A DNA stretch of 62,375 nt, counting the filler, from Caldilineae bacterium (GTDB lineage: Bacteria; Chloroflexota; Anaerolineae; DTLA01): the NCBI GenBank assembly GCA_037446815.1. It is 15 parts of 15 records of this genome, joined end to end, with 100 filler letters (N's around TTAATTAATTAA, not from the genome) between each part and the next. Parts side by side here need not be neighbours in the genome. Positions count along the whole stretch, not along the records: positions 58,591 to 62,375 come from JBBIHX010000223.1; 14 more parts are not named here. One strand, 5' to 3'. Position 1 is the first letter of the stretch, and every line of letters starts with the position of its first letter. This document shows positions 60,826 through 62,375 of this stretch, in pieces. The notes beneath the pieces were generated by a model that made no database searches, was not told where the DNA came from, and saw only the letters and a program-made list of their open reading frames with translations. Both the position numbers and the translations under genes were made by a program.

Positions 60826-61200
60826 ATGTCGCTAACAGAAGAACGGATGCAAATCCTGAAACTCTTGGAGCAGGGCCAAATCAACGCCGACGAAGCGGCG
60901 AAACTGCTGGCCGCGCTGGAATCCGGCCGCAAGGAGGCCCAGCGCCTAGGCGCAACGTCGGGGCCGCGCTGGTTCCGCGTGCGCATCACCGACCTGCGGA
61001 CCGGCAAGGCCAAGGTGAACGTCAACATCCCCATGAGCCTGGTGAACGTGGGCCTCAAGATGGGGGCCAAGTTCGCGCCGGACATGGAGGGTGTGGACCT
61101 GGAGGAAATCAAGCAGGCCATCCAGGCAGGCACCCAGGGGAAGATCATTGACGTGGAAGATGAAGAGGAACAGGAACACGTAGAGATTTTTATAGAATAA
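60826..61200 (+). CDS. SHOCT-like (YvlB/LiaX N-terminal-like) protein
   Basis: EERMQILKLLEQGQINADEAAKLL; RWFRVRITD..KVNVNIP..GKIIDVED. Confidence 0.8.
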   Translation: MSLTEERMQILKLLEQGQINADEAAKLLAALESGRKEAQRLGATSGPRWFRVRITDLRTGKAKVNVNIPMSLVNVGLKMGAKFAPDMEGVDLEEIKQAIQAGTQGKIIDVEDEEEQEHVEIFIE

Positions 61201-61210
61201 GGAGACTGCT

Positions 61211-61594
61211 GTGTCAAAGGCACTGTGGCGCTGGCTCATCAACGCGGTGGCGCTGTACGTCGCCGCGCGCGTGGTTACCGGCATTGACTTCACCGGCGAT
61301 TGGGTTTCGCTGGCGGTCATCGCCCTCATCTTCGGCGTGGTGAACGCCCTATTGGGGCCGATCCTCAAGTTGCTGTCGTGTCCGCTGATTCTGCTCACGC
61401 TGGGGGTGTTCACCATCGTGATCAACGCGGGGCTGCTGCTGCTCACGTCGTACCTGAGCAAGCCGCTGAACCTGGGCTTCCAGGTCGACGGCTTCGGGGC
61501 CGCGTTTTGGGGCGCGCTGCTCATCAGCGTGGTGAGTTTCGTCCTCAACATCTTCGTGAGGGACTCGGACCACCGAGAGCGACGCAAGCGCTAA
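61211..61594 (+). CDS. YvlD/DUF360 four-TM protein (phage holin family 4)
   Basis: NALLGPILKLLSCPLILLTLGVFTIVINA, GFGAAFWGALLIS. Confidence 0.88.
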   Translation: MSKALWRWLINAVALYVAARVVTGIDFTGDWVSLAVIALIFGVVNALLGPILKLLSCPLILLTLGVFTIVINAGLLLLTSYLSKPLNLGFQVDGFGAAFWGALLISVVSFVLNIFVRDSDHRERRKR

Positions 61595-61602
61595 CCCGCG
61601 CC

Positions 61603-62304
61603 CTACTCTCCACACCAATCTCCGTCCCACCAGGTGGCCGCGCGTTTCTTGCCGATGGGGCAACTGCTGATGCACAGGTTGCACTGCAGGCGGGTGAAGG
61701 GCGTGATCTGCTTGACCTCGCGCTGCTGCTTGGCGCGCATCTCGGGCGACGGGGCGAACTCCGCGATGCATCGGCTGCGGTCAAATCCCCATGCGGCGAG
61801 CGCGCCCGTGGGGCAACGGCTGATGCAGATGGAACAGGACGCGCAGTAGTAGTCGGGCACGGGCGTGTCGGGCGGGAGTTGCGGCTCCACGAACACCGCC
61901 CCAAACCGCACCCGCGGCCCGAACTCCCGCGTAACGACCAGCCCATTTAGCCCGCGAACGCCCAGCCCCGCGCGCACCGCCGCCTCGCGCAAGTCCACCA
62001 GGCTCGCCGAGTCCACAAACGTCAGCGGCTCGGCCCGAATGCCCCGCGCGATGAGGTCCAGCGCCAAGAGTGCCGCGCGCGCCACCAGCGCCTCGTAGGC
62101 CACCTTGTGCCATCGGTGCGTGCCGCCGAACGCCACGTAGGTGTTGAAGTCGTAGGCATCGTCGGGGGTGTACAGCCCCAGCACCACCACGCTCCCGACC
62201 CAGCGCGGCAGCCCGCTGCCCTCGGGCGCGCAGATACCCGCCAGGTCAAAGTCTCGCTCGCGCGCGAGCTGTTTGATGGTCGCAACCAGGCGAGAGTCGG
62301 ACAT
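61603..62304 (-). CDS. epoxyqueuosine-reductase-like 4Fe-4S protein
   Basis: AAVRAGLGVRGLNGLVVTREFGPRVRF, CASCSICISRCP, CNLCISSCP. Confidence 0.75.
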   Translation of the reverse strand: MSDSRLVATIKQLARERDFDLAGICAPEGSGLPRWVGSVVVLGLYTPDDAYDFNTYVAFGGTHRWHKVAYEALVARAALLALDLIARGIRAEPLTFVDSASLVDLREAAVRAGLGVRGLNGLVVTREFGPRVRFGAVFVEPQLPPDTPVPDYYCASCSICISRCPTGALAAWGFDRSRCIAEFAPSPEMRAKQQREVKQITPFTRLQCNLCISSCPIGKKRAATWWDGDWCGE

Positions 62305-62333
62305 GGGCAAGGCCTCCCAGTGTATCTGCTTTC

Positions 62334-62362
62334 AGGATACCAGGCGCAGGCGGGGGTGTCAA
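62334..62362 (-). promoter_or_regulatory. sigma70-type promoter
   Basis: minus strand TTGACA-17 bp-TATCCT. Confidence 0.6.
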
Positions 62363-62375
62363 CCGCTGCGCGGTG

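Noticed and set aside
61211..61594. Holin as prophage evidence together with the portal gene
   Set aside because: YvlD/DUF360 is a common chromosomal family, and it lies on a different contig from the portal.
61603..62304. Calling this gene queG or a reductive dehalogenase
   Set aside because: Short, no Tat signal or anchor gene, and only family-level motifs; specific function unsupported.

Overview
This window is a concatenation of 15 short contigs (about 4.5 to 3.8 kb, in decreasing length) joined by artificial N-TTAATTAATTAA-N linkers, so adjacency across linkers has no biological meaning. High GC, the partial 16S rRNA and the gene content indicate a Chloroflexota (probably Anaerolineae-like) metagenome-assembled genome. 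Housekeeping content includes rdgB, cdaA-cdaR-der, pheST, nfi, a sirtuin, 16S rRNA, smc, uvrC, valS, recN, nadK, envelope-polysaccharide genes, a hybrid kinase and Pro/Thr-rich surface proteins. Three T-box riboswitches (Phe, Val, Trp) have readable specifier codons. Main observations: (1) a Trp T-box operon trpB2 + class-V aminotransferase + short SerA, which reads as a dedicated phosphoserine-fed tryptophan synthesis/indole-salvage module; (2) a dispersed MITE family with a 23-bp terminal repeat, one complete copy having an 8-bp target duplication; (3) an intact but solitary phage portal gene; (4) a DUF2089/SHOCT/YvlD envelope-stress-like operon with an inserted GNAT; (5) a transporter whose signal peptide is cut off by one in-frame TAA. 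All family calls are by eye from motifs; no searches were run.
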